This document shows positions 37,787 through 46,574 of a stretch of 60,785 nt of DNA, one piece after another. Every line of letters begins with the position of its first letter. Position 1 is the stretch's first letter. Source of the DNA: a virus (taxonomy: Duplodnaviria; Caudoviricetes). The DNA lies in the IMG/VR virus record IMGVR_UViG_3300046725_000023, positions 1 through 60,785 of that record. One strand, written 5' to 3'. The translations under genes and the position numbers were made by a program. Below the pieces are notes generated by a model, which worked only from the letters and a program-made list of their open reading frames with translations, was not told the origin of the DNA and made no database searches.

Positions 37787-38431
37787 TCAGGTCCGGTCGA
37801 TTCCCCGTGTCTCGGCCGGGCGCACGTCCTCGTCCACCCAGGAGTCGGTGGCCGCCGGTCCACGGGTCAGCGGGTACGTGCTCAGCGGGCGGCCCGCGAG
37901 GTCAACCACCGTCACGGTGTCCGCCGGGTCCGGCTCACCTCGCAGCTCCCGGCCCGCCCGCTGGACCTCGCGGACGTCCTCGCGGACCAGCGGCACGGCG
38001 AGCGACCGCAGCCCGGCGACCGAGGGGATGATCTGGGTGTCCGCCTCCGTGCACGGGAGCACGTCCTGGAACGGCTCGGCGGGCGGCACCGGCTGGGTGG
38101 CCATCGGATCGTCCTCCACGTCCGCCCAGCGGTACCGTGCGGCCCGCTGAGCCGCCAGGGTGGCCGAGTGCGCGGCATCGCGTGCCTGGCGCTCAGCGGC
38201 CCGCACAGCCCGGTCCCGGGCCAGGCGGCGATCGGCGCACATGAACACGGTCCGGAAGACCACCAGGACCATCAGGATGACCACCGCGACGGTGCCCACC
38301 ATCGCCTGGGGCGTCGCCTGCCCGGTCTGGGTCCAGATCGCCAGGGCGAACAGCGCCGGTGCCATGGCGCCGGTCGCGATGATGGCCGCCCACGGCGGGC
38401 CGACCTTGGTACGGTGTGCGTGCTGACTCAT
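37787..38431 (-). CDS. Two-TM membrane protein
   Basis: GGAGAGGA RBS, two hydrophobic helices. Confidence 0.65.
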   Translation of the reverse strand: MSQHAHRTKVGPPWAAIIATGAMAPALFALAIWTQTGQATPQAMVGTVAVVILMVLVVFRTVFMCADRRLARDRAVRAAERQARDAAHSATLAAQRAARYRWADVEDDPMATQPVPPAEPFQDVLPCTEADTQIIPSVAGLRSLAVPLVREDVREVQRAGRELRGEPDPADTVTVVDLAGRPLSTYPLTRGPAATDSWVDEDVRPAETRGIDRT

Positions 38432-38489
38432 GGTGCGAGTTCCTCTCCTCCAGTGGCGGCCCCCGGCGGATCCCGGGGGCCGTTGCCGT

Positions 38490-38690
38490 TTACAGACCTG
38501 ATTCGTGGCTGTCCACGTGGCGCTGTGCGCCCCGCACGGCCCGGTCCTTGTCCCACCGGTGCATCGTCTTGCCGCACTCCGTACAGCGGCCGTGGAAGCC
38601 CCGGGCGACGCCGGGCACGCCCGGCAGGGTCTCGGTCAGGACGATGGCGATCCCCGGGTCCACGCTGTGCTGAACGATGTGCTTCGCCAC
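38490..38690 (-). CDS. Hypothetical zinc-finger-like protein
   Basis: CTEC...H...H; GGGGAG RBS. Confidence 0.6.
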   Translation of the reverse strand: MAKHIVQHSVDPGIAIVLTETLPGVPGVARGFHGRCTECGKTMHRWDKDRAVRGAQRHVDSHESGL

Positions 38691-38722
38691 GGTGTCGCTC
38701 CCCTGGTAGGCCGGTGTGTCGA

Positions 38723-38756
38723 TTGCACGTTACCGTCATGACTGCTAGGTTGGCAA
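38723..38756. promoter_or_regulatory. Overlapping divergent promoters
   Basis: + TTGCAC-17-TAGGTT; - TTGCCA-18-TAACGT. Confidence 0.65.
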
Positions 38757-38790
38757 CTGCCCGAACGGTTCGGGTCTGGAGGGGAGCACG

Positions 38791-39141
38791 ATGCGAGCGG
38801 CAGTGACGCACGACCAGACGGTCCGCACGGTCACCATCGAGGTGGCGGGCGCACCGGACATCGACATCACCCGGAGCTGGCACCGTAAGCCCCGGCTCAT
38901 CCGGCCGGTGACCGCCGTCCTGGAGATCGTGGACGGCGCGGCCGGGACCGTCACGGTGCACGGTGACCTGGTCCTGAAGAACGGCAACGCGTCCGGCGCG
39001 GCCGGTGGCAACGCCCAGTGGTCGGCTACCGGCGGGTACATGAGCCCGTCCATCACGGAGGCGCCCGAGTGGGTCCGCCTGATCTGGAACACGGCGCCCG
39101 GCGGTCAGCGGGACTGGACCATCGAGACTGAGGTGGCATGA
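38791..39141 (+). CDS. Hypothetical protein
   Basis: GGAGGGGAG RBS. Confidence 0.7.
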   Translation: MRAAVTHDQTVRTVTIEVAGAPDIDITRSWHRKPRLIRPVTAVLEIVDGAAGTVTVHGDLVLKNGNASGAAGGNAQWSATGGYMSPSITEAPEWVRLIWNTAPGGQRDWTIETEVA

Positions 39142-39248
39142 CCGTGGACATCGGGGACAACCTGCTGTGCCTGCTCCTCGTGATCGCCGTGCTGGCCGCC
39201 CTCGTGGCGCTGGTCTACATCGGCCGGGACAAGAGCGACAAGTCCTGA
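39138..39248 (+). CDS. 36-aa membrane peptide
   Basis: ATGA coupling; LLCLLLVIAVLAALVALVYI. Confidence 0.5.
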   Translation: MTVDIGDNLLCLLLVIAVLAALVALVYIGRDKSDKS

Positions 39249-39319
39249 GTGGACAACCTCCCCGTCATGCCTGTAAGGTATCAGGTGTGGCGGGGAGGTC
39301 CCGTTCAGGGGAGGGAAGA

Positions 39320-39478
39320 ATGGCCAGCAGCGGCAACAGCGGGCAGGGCACGAACGGCAACGCGGGCACCGGCTCGGGCAGCAACGGCCAGGGCAAGCCC
39401 GGCGGCACCCGGCCGGGCAACGGCGGCACGAACGGCGGACGTCAGCCGCGCGGCGGCGGCGCGAAGGGCGGGCACTGA
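39320..39478 (+). CDS. Gly/Asn/Ser-rich peptide
   Basis: GGGAGGG RBS; promoter TGGACA-18-TAAGGT at 39250-39279. Confidence 0.55.
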   Translation: MASSGNSGQGTNGNAGTGSGSNGQGKPGGTRPGNGGTNGGRQPRGGGAKGGH

Positions 39479-39648
39479 TGAGCAGCCCCGGGACTCCGGG
39501 CTCCGGCCCGGCCCGGGGCGTCCCGTGGTGGCGGCACTGGCGCGGCAAGCTGCGCACCTGGCGCCACGAGACCGGCGCTCCGCCGATGGTCGGGCTCACC
39601 CGGCCCGGCAGGGTCATCCACACGATCAGAGAGGCAGGCAGGCGATGA
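39478..39648 (+). CDS. Small basic Trp-rich hypothetical protein
   Basis: TGATG and ATGA coupling. Confidence 0.4.
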   Translation: MSSPGTPGSGPARGVPWWRHWRGKLRTWRHETGAPPMVGLTRPGRVIHTIREAGRR

Positions 39649-39830
39649 GACACCGGCTGTACCGGTACGCGACCTGGGGCGACCGCAAGCACTGGGACGT
39701 GACCGTGGGCCGCACGAACGTGTCGCGGTGGTGCTCCAGCTCCCCGTGCGGCGCGAGCGGCCAGGCGACCGGGCGGCACCGTATCCGGCTCCGCCGGTGG
39801 GCGCGGTCGTGGTCGGCGGCCGACCGATGA
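39645..39830 (+). CDS. Small basic hypothetical protein
   Basis: ATGA coupling at both ends. Confidence 0.4.
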   Translation: MRHRLYRYATWGDRKHWDVTVGRTNVSRWCSSSPCGASGQATGRHRIRLRRWARSWSAADR

Positions 39831-40093
39831 GCACGCCGCGCGAGGTCCACCTCCAGGTGGTGCACTCGGCCCGCGTGATGGTCGAGCAGCTCCAGAACAA
39901 CCTCGCGGTGGACCGGGGCCGCCACGACGAGATCCTGGAGCTGGTGGCCGATGCCGTCGGTCACCAGCCGGTCAGCGACTCCGGCCGGGCCGCCCTGGAG
40001 GGCATGATCGCCGCCGGTACCCGGACCGATGAGCTGCTCGGGCTGCTGGAGGAGATCAAGAACCGGCTGGAGGAGTACGGCGGCACCTTCTGA
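39827..40093 (+). CDS. Helical-hairpin protein, paralogue 1 (WXG100-like)
   Basis: REVHLQVV...AVGHQPVSDSGRAALE...YGGTF. Confidence 0.7.
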   Translation: MSTPREVHLQVVHSARVMVEQLQNNLAVDRGRHDEILELVADAVGHQPVSDSGRAALEGMIAAGTRTDELLGLLEEIKNRLEEYGGTF

Positions 40094-40187
40094 TCCTGAC
40101 ACTTTCGTGTCAACCGCTTGTGACCTTGGAGTCACGACTGTAAGGTAGTACGTAACGGCGCGAGGTACGCGCCGGGAATGGGGAGAC

Positions 40188-40457
40188 ATGGCAGGCGGAC
40201 GCGAAGACCACGTTCAGGCCGTAGGGTTTGCGGGCCTGAAGATCCAGGAGGTCGAGAACGTCCTGATGCAGGCCCGGGAGATGCTGAACAACGAGGCGCT
40301 CCCGCTGGTCCTGGTCGCGGTCGGGGACAACCCGATCATCGACAGTGCGCGTAACGCCCTGGAGTTCACGCAGCTCATGGATCAGAAGATCGAGGAACTG
40401 CTGGGGATCGCCGAGCAGGCGAAAGCCGAGATGAACCGGTACTCCGGAGGGTTCTGA
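40188..40457 (+). CDS. Helical-hairpin protein, paralogue 2 (WXG100-like)
   Basis: REDHVQAV...AVGDNPIIDSARNALE...YSGGF. Confidence 0.75.
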   Translation: MAGGREDHVQAVGFAGLKIQEVENVLMQAREMLNNEALPLVLVAVGDNPIIDSARNALEFTQLMDQKIEELLGIAEQAKAEMNRYSGGF

Positions 40458-40515
40458 CCGACAGGCGGGCGGCCGGATCACCGGCCGCCCGTTCCGTTCC
40501 TGGGGAGGGGACACG

Positions 40516-40782
40516 ATGGCAGGCGGAAGAGACGAACACCTGGAAGTGGTCCAGCAGGCCCAGCTCTACACGCTGGACTTCCGGGAGCTGGTCGAGTCGT
40601 GCCGGGAGCGCAAGCGCTACCTGGTCAACCTGATTCACGAGGCCGTGGGGGAAGACCCGTCGGTCGATGCGGCGCGTACCGCCCTGGAGGCGGCCGTCCT
40701 GATCGGCCCGGCACTGGTCACCGTGGCCGAGCTGACCGACGTGGTGGACCACGCGCTCCGCCGGTACCTGACCGCCCTGTAG
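40516..40782 (+). CDS. Helical-hairpin protein, paralogue 3 (WXG100-like)
   Basis: RDEHLEVV...AVGEDPSVDAARTALE...YLTAL. Confidence 0.75.
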   Translation: MAGGRDEHLEVVQQAQLYTLDFRELVESCRERKRYLVNLIHEAVGEDPSVDAARTALEAAVLIGPALVTVAELTDVVDHALRRYLTAL

Positions 40783-40793
40783 ACCGCAGACAC

Positions 40794-40832
40794 AGAGCAG
40801 CCCCCCGTTCACCATGGCGGGGGGGCTGCTCT
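40794..40832. terminator. Terminator between convergent genes
   Basis: AGAGCAGCCCCCCG...CGGGGGGGCTGCTCT. Confidence 0.7.
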
Positions 40833-40862
40833 TGCGCGCGGGGCCACTTCTCGATCGAGAGG

Positions 40863-41207
40863 CTACCGCACCGGCCGGGGATCGTACGAGGGCGTCACCT
40901 GGTCGCGGATGCCGAACAGCGCGAACGCGGTCAGGATGATCGTCCCCAGGCCCGTCACGGCCGCGTCGGACCAGTGGAGCCCGTACTCGGCGAACACGGC
41001 CGCACCGGCCGACACGGCGCCCGCGTACAGCGCCGGGGCGATCGGCCGCGTGGTCGCCGCGATCACGATGGCCGTGAGAGCCGTGACGATCGCGGTCGCC
41101 TGCCCGGCGTTGAGCCACTCGAACCCGAGCGACACCAGCCAGGTGATGACCGCGCCGATGACGGCCAGCCAGAGAGCGGGCTCACGCCCGAAGATCTTGC
41201 CGTTCAT
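40863..41207 (-). CDS. Holin
   Basis: MNGKIFGREPALW..., about 4 TM segments, IRDQVTP; coupled to endolysin stop. Confidence 0.75.
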   Translation of the reverse strand: MNGKIFGREPALWLAVIGAVITWLVSLGFEWLNAGQATAIVTALTAIVIAATTRPIAPALYAGAVSAGAAVFAEYGLHWSDAAVTGLGTIILTAFALFGIRDQVTPSYDPRPVR

Positions 41208-42094
41208 CGTCCTACCCCCGTGCCCTCGTCCACGGCCTCCAGCGTGCCGCTGGTGACCGTCAGCGTGCCGCTGAACACTCCGTCCTGACCGGCGGGGCCA
41301 GCGGGGCCAGCCGGACCGGCGGGGCCGGGCGTGCCGGGCGTACCGGCCGCCCCGGTGGCGCCCTTGGCACCGGCGGGACCGGCCGGGCCGGGCTTGCCGA
41401 ACTTGGCCGCGATCTCCTTGGTCATGGTCGCGCCGGACCACCCGGAGATGTAGTTCGTGTGGTTCTGCCCGTGGGCGTCACGCCACTTGTCGTACGCCTT
41501 CTGGGTGTCGTCGCCGTACTGGCCATCGGCCTCGCACGAGTAGCCCAGCCACGTCAGGATGTTCTGCCAGTACTTGACGTGCTCGCCGCTGTCGCCCTTG
41601 GCAGGCAGGAAACTGCCCATACCGTCCCCCCACTCCTCGGCGATCCCCCACGGGCGCCTGTCGTTCTCCAGCTTGCCGCTGTCGGCTTTCGCCCCGAAGT
41701 GGGCGTGTTTGTCGTGCGGGTTGGACCCGGTGTAGTCCTTCTCTTTCCAACCGTTCGACGCGTACCAGCACTTGCGGTTGTAGATGACCTCGACCAGGCG
41801 GTCCTCGGCGCCGGACCGGCACCGGCCGACGATCTTGTCCACGCCCTTCTGCATGGTGAAGCCGTTCTTCCACGGCCCCTTGTCCGTGATGTCCACGGCC
41901 CTGATGTCGGGCTCTCCGTCGCTGTCGGTCTGCGGCGTGCTGGAGCCAGACGTGTCGTCCTTGTTGTGGTTGCTCGACCGCTCGGCGTGGTCCTGATCGC
42001 CGATCGATCCGTCCGACTCCGTGCTCCGGTCGTCGCCGACTTCATCGAACTCTTCGGTCAGCTCCAGCAGGCACGGAACAGTGTCAGCGTGCAT
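41204..42094 (-). CDS. Endolysin: Zn-peptidase-like domain, PG-binding domain and collagen-like tail
   Basis: DGSIGDQDH...SNHN...AVDI...NPHDKHAHF; KGDSGEHVKYWQ...DGQYGDDT; 13 Gly-X-Y triplets. Confidence 0.8.
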   Translation of the reverse strand: MHADTVPCLLELTEEFDEVGDDRSTESDGSIGDQDHAERSSNHNKDDTSGSSTPQTDSDGEPDIRAVDITDKGPWKNGFTMQKGVDKIVGRCRSGAEDRLVEVIYNRKCWYASNGWKEKDYTGSNPHDKHAHFGAKADSGKLENDRRPWGIAEEWGDGMGSFLPAKGDSGEHVKYWQNILTWLGYSCEADGQYGDDTQKAYDKWRDAHGQNHTNYISGWSGATMTKEIAAKFGKPGPAGPAGAKGATGAAGTPGTPGPAGPAGPAGPAGQDGVFSGTLTVTSGTLEAVDEGTGVGR

Positions 42095-42127
42095 ATACCC
42101 TCCCCTCGTCGTACTTCACAGTAACAG

Positions 42128-42316
42128 CTACCCCCGCCGTGACCGGCGGGTCCGCGCGGCCTTGCGTGCCATCCTGGACCGCGCCGCGCCGGTGACTCCG
42201 GCGTTCGCGATGCGCGCGGCCTTGCTCTTGCTGGCACCCTTGCGCCGCAGCGCGCGGTACGCCCGGTGCCGCGACCGCGCCACGTAGCCCTTGCGTCCTC
42301 CGGCCGAGCTGACCAT
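42128..42316 (-). CDS. Small very basic protein
   Basis: YRALRRKGASKSKAARIANA; GGAGG RBS. Confidence 0.65.
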   Translation of the reverse strand: MVSSAGGRKGYVARSRHRAYRALRRKGASKSKAARIANAGVTGAARSRMARKAARTRRSRRG

Positions 42317-42359
42317 GGTCACCACCTCCACACCCATCGTCTACCCGTCCGGGCACACG

Positions 42360-42390
42360 AGAAAGCCCCCGCCGGTAGCGGGGGCTTTCT
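42360..42390 (-). terminator. Intrinsic terminator
   Basis: AGAAAGCCCCCGC-CGGTA-GCGGGGGCTTTCT. Confidence 0.75.
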
Positions 42391-42403
42391 TGACGGTGCA
42401 CTG

Positions 42404-42616
42404 TCAGTACCGGGTGCGGAGCCGAACCTCGCGCTTCCAGATCTCGTTCGCCTTGGCGCGGGCCGCCTGCTCGGTGGTCCGGTTGGCCAGGTCCACCACC
42501 ATCGTGTTGCGGCTCATCTCGATGACCGTGTAGCCCCGGCGGCCGACCAGCTTCTCCGCCACCGCGATGTCCCCGTGCCGAACGATGATCCGGAAGTCCT
42601 TGGCGTTCGCGATCAT
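42404..42616 (-). CDS. Hypothetical protein (70 aa)
   Basis: Cassette with promoter 42665-42693, AAAGGA RBS and terminator. Confidence 0.75.
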   Translation of the reverse strand: MIANAKDFRIIVRHGDIAVAEKLVGRRGYTVIEMSRNTMVVDLANRTTEQAARAKANEIWKREVRLRTRY

Positions 42617-42664
42617 GGCCGCTGGTCCTTTCGTCCCCGGGGGCTTGTCCCCCTTACGAGAACT

Positions 42665-42693
42665 ACATTACAGCCATGACGGTGAAGTGTCAA
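42665..42693 (-). promoter_or_regulatory. Promoter with palindromic site
   Basis: TTGACA-17bp-TAATGT. Confidence 0.8.
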
Positions 42694-42812
42694 CGGTTGT
42701 GGTTCGCCCGGCAGCACTCACACAGGTTGTCGTTCGGCACCTGGCCGCACCGGCCCAGTGAGCAGGCCCAGCACAGATCGCGGCGCCGGATCCAGGCCAG
42801 CACCCGGCTCAC
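42690..42812 (-). CDS. Cys-rich peptide
   Basis: GTGA coupling; CWAC...C...CECC. Confidence 0.4.
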   Translation of the reverse strand: MSRVLAWIRRRDLCWACSLGRCGQVPNDNLCECCRANHNR

Positions 42813-43225
42813 GGCCGGAGGCCCAGCTCCGGCGCCGCCACGTCCAGCACGACCCTTGCCATGTCGAACCCGGCGTCCTCGGTCGCGCCCACGATGCTCG
42901 GGTGCTTGGCCACGTGCTCGGTCAGCTCGGTCAGCGTGGGGAGGTCGGCGCCGATCATCCGCATGAACCACCCGGCCGCCGTGTCCACGCCCGAGCCTCC
43001 GGCGCCGCGCGGGCCGGTGTACTTCTCGGCGATGGCGGCGGCCATGGCGTACTCCAGGGTGGCGTACAGCTCCCCGAACTTGGGCAGGCCCATCCGGTTC
43101 AGGACTTCAGGCCCGGTGCTGAACCCGTAGAACGGGCGATCGTCGCCCCGCTGGCCGGTGAACCCGTGGTCATCGACCTGGTAGAACGTCCACTCGCCGA
43201 CCGTCCAGCGTGCCGAGATCCTCAT
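42809..43225 (-). CDS. Hypothetical protein
   Basis: GGAGG RBS, ATGA coupling. Confidence 0.7.
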   Translation of the reverse strand: MRISARWTVGEWTFYQVDDHGFTGQRGDDRPFYGFSTGPEVLNRMGLPKFGELYATLEYAMAAAIAEKYTGPRGAGGSGVDTAAGWFMRMIGADLPTLTELTEHVAKHPSIVGATEDAGFDMARVVLDVAAPELGLRP

Positions 43226-43461
43226 CGCTTGACCTCCTGCATCGTCGTGGGCTCTCCGAACTTATCGACGTACCGATCCGGCTCGAACCTGCGCGCCCGG
43301 GTGAACGCGTCGTGCGGGGTATCCCCCCAGGTCCACCGGCCGTCGGCTAGCTCCCACACGAAATCGCCCGCGTCGTCCTCGCCCAGGAACCTGGGGTAGG
43401 TCACCCGGGCGGCCACCTTGGCCACGATCTCGGCCGTCGTCTCGGGCGTCGTCTCGCTCAT
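43222..43461 (-). CDS. Hypothetical protein
   Basis: GGAGG RBS, ATGA coupling. Confidence 0.7.
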   Translation of the reverse strand: MSETTPETTAEIVAKVAARVTYPRFLGEDDAGDFVWELADGRWTWGDTPHDAFTRARRFEPDRYVDKFGEPTTMQEVKR

Positions 43462-43937
43462 CGCTTGACCTCCAGTCCGGCCTCGCGGGCCACGTCATCG
43501 ATCATCCGCATGATGTCCGAGAGCACGAACTCCTGGTCCTCGGCGGGCTTAGGGTTGCGGGCACCATCGTTCGCGTGCGCGCCATCGGCCCAGCCCTTGA
43601 CCACCTCGCGCAAGCTGTCCAGCAGCTCGGGCCGCCGGTCTACCGGGACCAGCTCGGCCGCCTTGCTCCACGCCTCCTGGCGGGCCGACTGTGCGTCGTT
43701 GGCCGCGTCCAGCACGGTGCCCAGGTTCAGGTTCGCCACTCCCCAGGTGACCGAGTGGACCACGGCGGCGGCCACCGGCACGTACGAACGGCCCGGCCGG
43801 TCCACGACCGCCTGGAGGTTGTACCGGCCCTCGGTCTCGATCTCGTCGGCCAGCTTGCGCAGCCGCTCGGCCACGCCGGTCACGAGGCGCTCCAGCCGCT
43901 TACGGGCCGCCGCCTCCCAATCGCGCTCGATGCTCAT
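43458..43937 (-). CDS. Hypothetical protein
   Basis: ATGA coupling. Confidence 0.7.
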   Translation of the reverse strand: MSIERDWEAAARKRLERLVTGVAERLRKLADEIETEGRYNLQAVVDRPGRSYVPVAAAVVHSVTWGVANLNLGTVLDAANDAQSARQEAWSKAAELVPVDRRPELLDSLREVVKGWADGAHANDGARNPKPAEDQEFVLSDIMRMIDDVAREAGLEVKR

Positions 43938-44362
43938 CGCTTCCCCACTCCCACCACGCGCGCCGCGTGGCTGATCATGTCGGCCAGCTCGACCTCACGG
44001 CCGCGCCAGGGCGACTCGTAGTCCAGCCGGATGCCGTTGTCCCGGAGCACGCCGTGCGCCCAGTTCCGGGCCTTGTCCCACTCGTGCTGGTCGAGCGTGG
44101 CGAAACTGGCGTTCGAGCCGCTGTACTGGGTGGCCTCGTCCTGGGTGTCGCGGCGCATCCGCCAGTAGCGGTGGCCGATCGCGCTCTCGGGCAGGTCCGC
44201 ACGTGCCAGCTCCACCCACACGCGGGCGGCCTTGACCACCACGGCGGGGATGTACCGGTCCTCGGGCTTGCGCCCTCGCTGGTCATTCGGGCTGCGCCGG
44301 ATCATCACCTTCTGGCCCGGCTCCAGGTCGCCCAGCTCCGGCCGGGCGTTCGTTGTAGTCAT
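43934..44362 (-). CDS. Hypothetical beta-barrel-like protein
   Basis: Leaderless TGGACA-17-TAAGGT (44370-44398) then ATG. Confidence 0.7.
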   Translation of the reverse strand: MTTTNARPELGDLEPGQKVMIRRSPNDQRGRKPEDRYIPAVVVKAARVWVELARADLPESAIGHRYWRMRRDTQDEATQYSGSNASFATLDQHEWDKARNWAHGVLRDNGIRLDYESPWRGREVELADMISHAARVVGVGKR

Positions 44363-44401
44363 GGCTGTTACCTTACCGCCACGACTGCAATGTGTCCAGT
44401 C

Positions 44402-45877
44402 CTATCGCCCGAGCGGGGACAGCCCGGTCACGGGGAGCGAGCCCACCGGCGCGGCCACCTTGGAACTGCCTTGGTGCCGGTCCGCCCAGAACGCCATGGC
44501 GATGGCGTCGCCCCGGTCCGGCGAGCGGCCGAGCCGCTCCACCACTTTGTCCTTCTGCTCCACCTGGTACTTCGGAGGCGTGCCGGTCGTGACCATCCAC
44601 TTCGGGGTGGTCAGGTCCGAGATCATCAGGTTGTCCGGGGGGAGCGCGATCTGGGGGCCGTACTCCGGATCGAGCAGCTCCCGCAGGTTCCAGTACGCGG
44701 CCGACCGGACGTTGACGAACCCGTACTTGCCGGACCGGTCCCGCACGGTGGTCTTGCCCGAGCCGGTGTACGCCAGCGGCAGGGCGTGAAGCTCGCGGAG
44801 GCGGTCGTACACACCGGCGCCCAGGCCGATCACGTCGATGATCGCCCGGCCGTCCATCCCCTGGAGGGCGGCCACCTGGCTCATGGTGTCCCGGCGCCGG
44901 TTGCCCTCCAGCGTGACCGCCCACCCGTCCCGGGTCGCCAGCACCGACTCGTCGCCGCCCCGGCCGACGTCGACACCGTTCCAGAGCGGGCCGCCAGGGG
45001 AGGGCCGACCGGCCCGGTCCCACACGTGCCAGCGCTCGATGGCGTCCTCCAGCCAGGCGAGCGGGATCACGCTGTCCTCATCACTGGCGTGGAACTGGCC
45101 CAGCACGCGGTTGTGGTAGACCGCGCTGTCCTCGCCCCATTGCTGGCGGCGCTGCTCGGCCCAGGCGGCCGAGATCCGGCCGGACGCCACGGCCTCCTCC
45201 AGCGTGACCCAGCGGGTCCACCAGTCCTCGTATCCGGCCGCCTTGCGGTGGATGTCGTAGAACCGGCCGGACGGCGGGCCGGGCGTGCTCATCGCGAACG
45301 CGTACGCGTTGTCCGAGGTGTCGGGACCGGCGTTCGAGAACGCGCCCTCGATCGAGTCCCAGGTGGCGGGCGGCACGATCTTCGCCTCATCGAGGAGATA
45401 GAGCAGCTCCTCGGCGTGCGCGCCCTCGATGCGTTCCGGCTGGTTGGAGGCGACCGCCGTAGCGGCGCCGTGGCTCAGCTTCAGCCGCAGATCCAGCAGC
45501 TCGGTCCGCTGGTTGTACGGCGCCATCCCCAGGGTGGTGAAGTCGATCCGCCCGGCCCACTTGTGGATCTCTGGCCAGAGGTAGACCTCCAGGTGCCGCC
45601 AGGCGCTGGCGGTCGTGATGATCTTCCAGTCGCGCCCGGCCAGGTTGCGGGTCGTGGCGAACCAGTTGACCAGCACGGCGCCCATGAACGACTTGCCCAG
45701 GCCGTGAGGGCCACGTACGGCCACCCGCTTGCGCTCCGGCAGTGCGTCCAGCACCTCGCCCTGGTAGCCCGCCAGGTCCACGTTCAGGCACTCGCGCGCC
45801 CAGGTCGTGGGGGAGTCCATCCACCGTGACAGCTTGGTCCGGGCCAGGTACTTGCCCGCCAGGTCCAGGGCGACCAC
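44402..45877 (-). CDS. terL: Terminase large subunit
   Basis: Walker A GPHGLGKS, Walker B YLLDEA, nuclease GVDVGRGGDES and SPDRGDA. Confidence 0.9.
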   Translation of the reverse strand: MVALDLAGKYLARTKLSRWMDSPTTWARECLNVDLAGYQGEVLDALPERKRVAVRGPHGLGKSFMGAVLVNWFATTRNLAGRDWKIITTASAWRHLEVYLWPEIHKWAGRIDFTTLGMAPYNQRTELLDLRLKLSHGAATAVASNQPERIEGAHAEELLYLLDEAKIVPPATWDSIEGAFSNAGPDTSDNAYAFAMSTPGPPSGRFYDIHRKAAGYEDWWTRWVTLEEAVASGRISAAWAEQRRQQWGEDSAVYHNRVLGQFHASDEDSVIPLAWLEDAIERWHVWDRAGRPSPGGPLWNGVDVGRGGDESVLATRDGWAVTLEGNRRRDTMSQVAALQGMDGRAIIDVIGLGAGVYDRLRELHALPLAYTGSGKTTVRDRSGKYGFVNVRSAAYWNLRELLDPEYGPQIALPPDNLMISDLTTPKWMVTTGTPPKYQVEQKDKVVERLGRSPDRGDAIAMAFWADRHQGSSKVAAPVGSLPVTGLSPLGR

Positions 45878-45881
45878 GGCG

Positions 45882-46574
45882 TTACGCCCCGATCTCGATC
45901 TGCCCGAGGTGCGCCTGGATCAGCTCGGGTACCTTGGCCTGCTGCTCGGGCGTGAGGTCCAGCTCCCCGATCACGATCATGATCCGGCCCACCACCAGGT
46001 CCCCCCACTTCTCGGCCAGGCCGATGACGCGGTCCGAGATCCCCATGTCGTGAGCGACCTTGGCGTAACGCACCACGCGGTCGCGCTCCTCGGCCTCCAG
46101 CTTGACGAGGGCGCGCGCCTCCTCGGACACGGCGTAGATGTGCCCGTCCTTCCCGGCGGCGCCGTAGCGGAACCCGATCAGCCCGTCCGCCTGGACGGCC
46201 CCGTCCGGGTTGAACCCGTTCGGATCCACCGTCGGCTCATCGAGGGCGACCTGGCGCCGGAGCAGCTCCCCGTACGCGGCGGCCCTGATCCACGCCTGCT
46301 GGAGCATGCCGAGCGCGGCCACGCCGGGATCGACGCGCTTGCCGTCCTGGGGCTCGCCCTCGGCAGACCAGGCCGTGATGACCGCCTGGCCCCGGGCCTT
46401 CAGCACGGACAGCTTGCGCCCGCTGTGCCGGGTGCACGAGTCGGTCCCCTTGATCGCCGGGCCGTGGCACTTCCCCCGGCCCTTGGTCCGGTTCTTGGTG
46501 CACTCCAGCCGGGTGTGGTCCGGGCACCACCAGGCATCGCCGGGGTTGTTGGTAGGACCGAGTTTCGTCGCCAT
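45882..46574 (-). CDS. Terminase small subunit candidate
   Basis: Directly upstream of terL; C...CTRHSG zinc knuckle; helical C-terminus. Confidence 0.65.
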   Translation of the reverse strand: MATKLGPTNNPGDAWWCPDHTRLECTKNRTKGRGKCHGPAIKGTDSCTRHSGRKLSVLKARGQAVITAWSAEGEPQDGKRVDPGVAALGMLQQAWIRAAAYGELLRRQVALDEPTVDPNGFNPDGAVQADGLIGFRYGAAGKDGHIYAVSEEARALVKLEAEERDRVVRYAKVAHDMGISDRVIGLAEKWGDLVVGRIMIVIGELDLTPEQQAKVPELIQAHLGQIEIGA

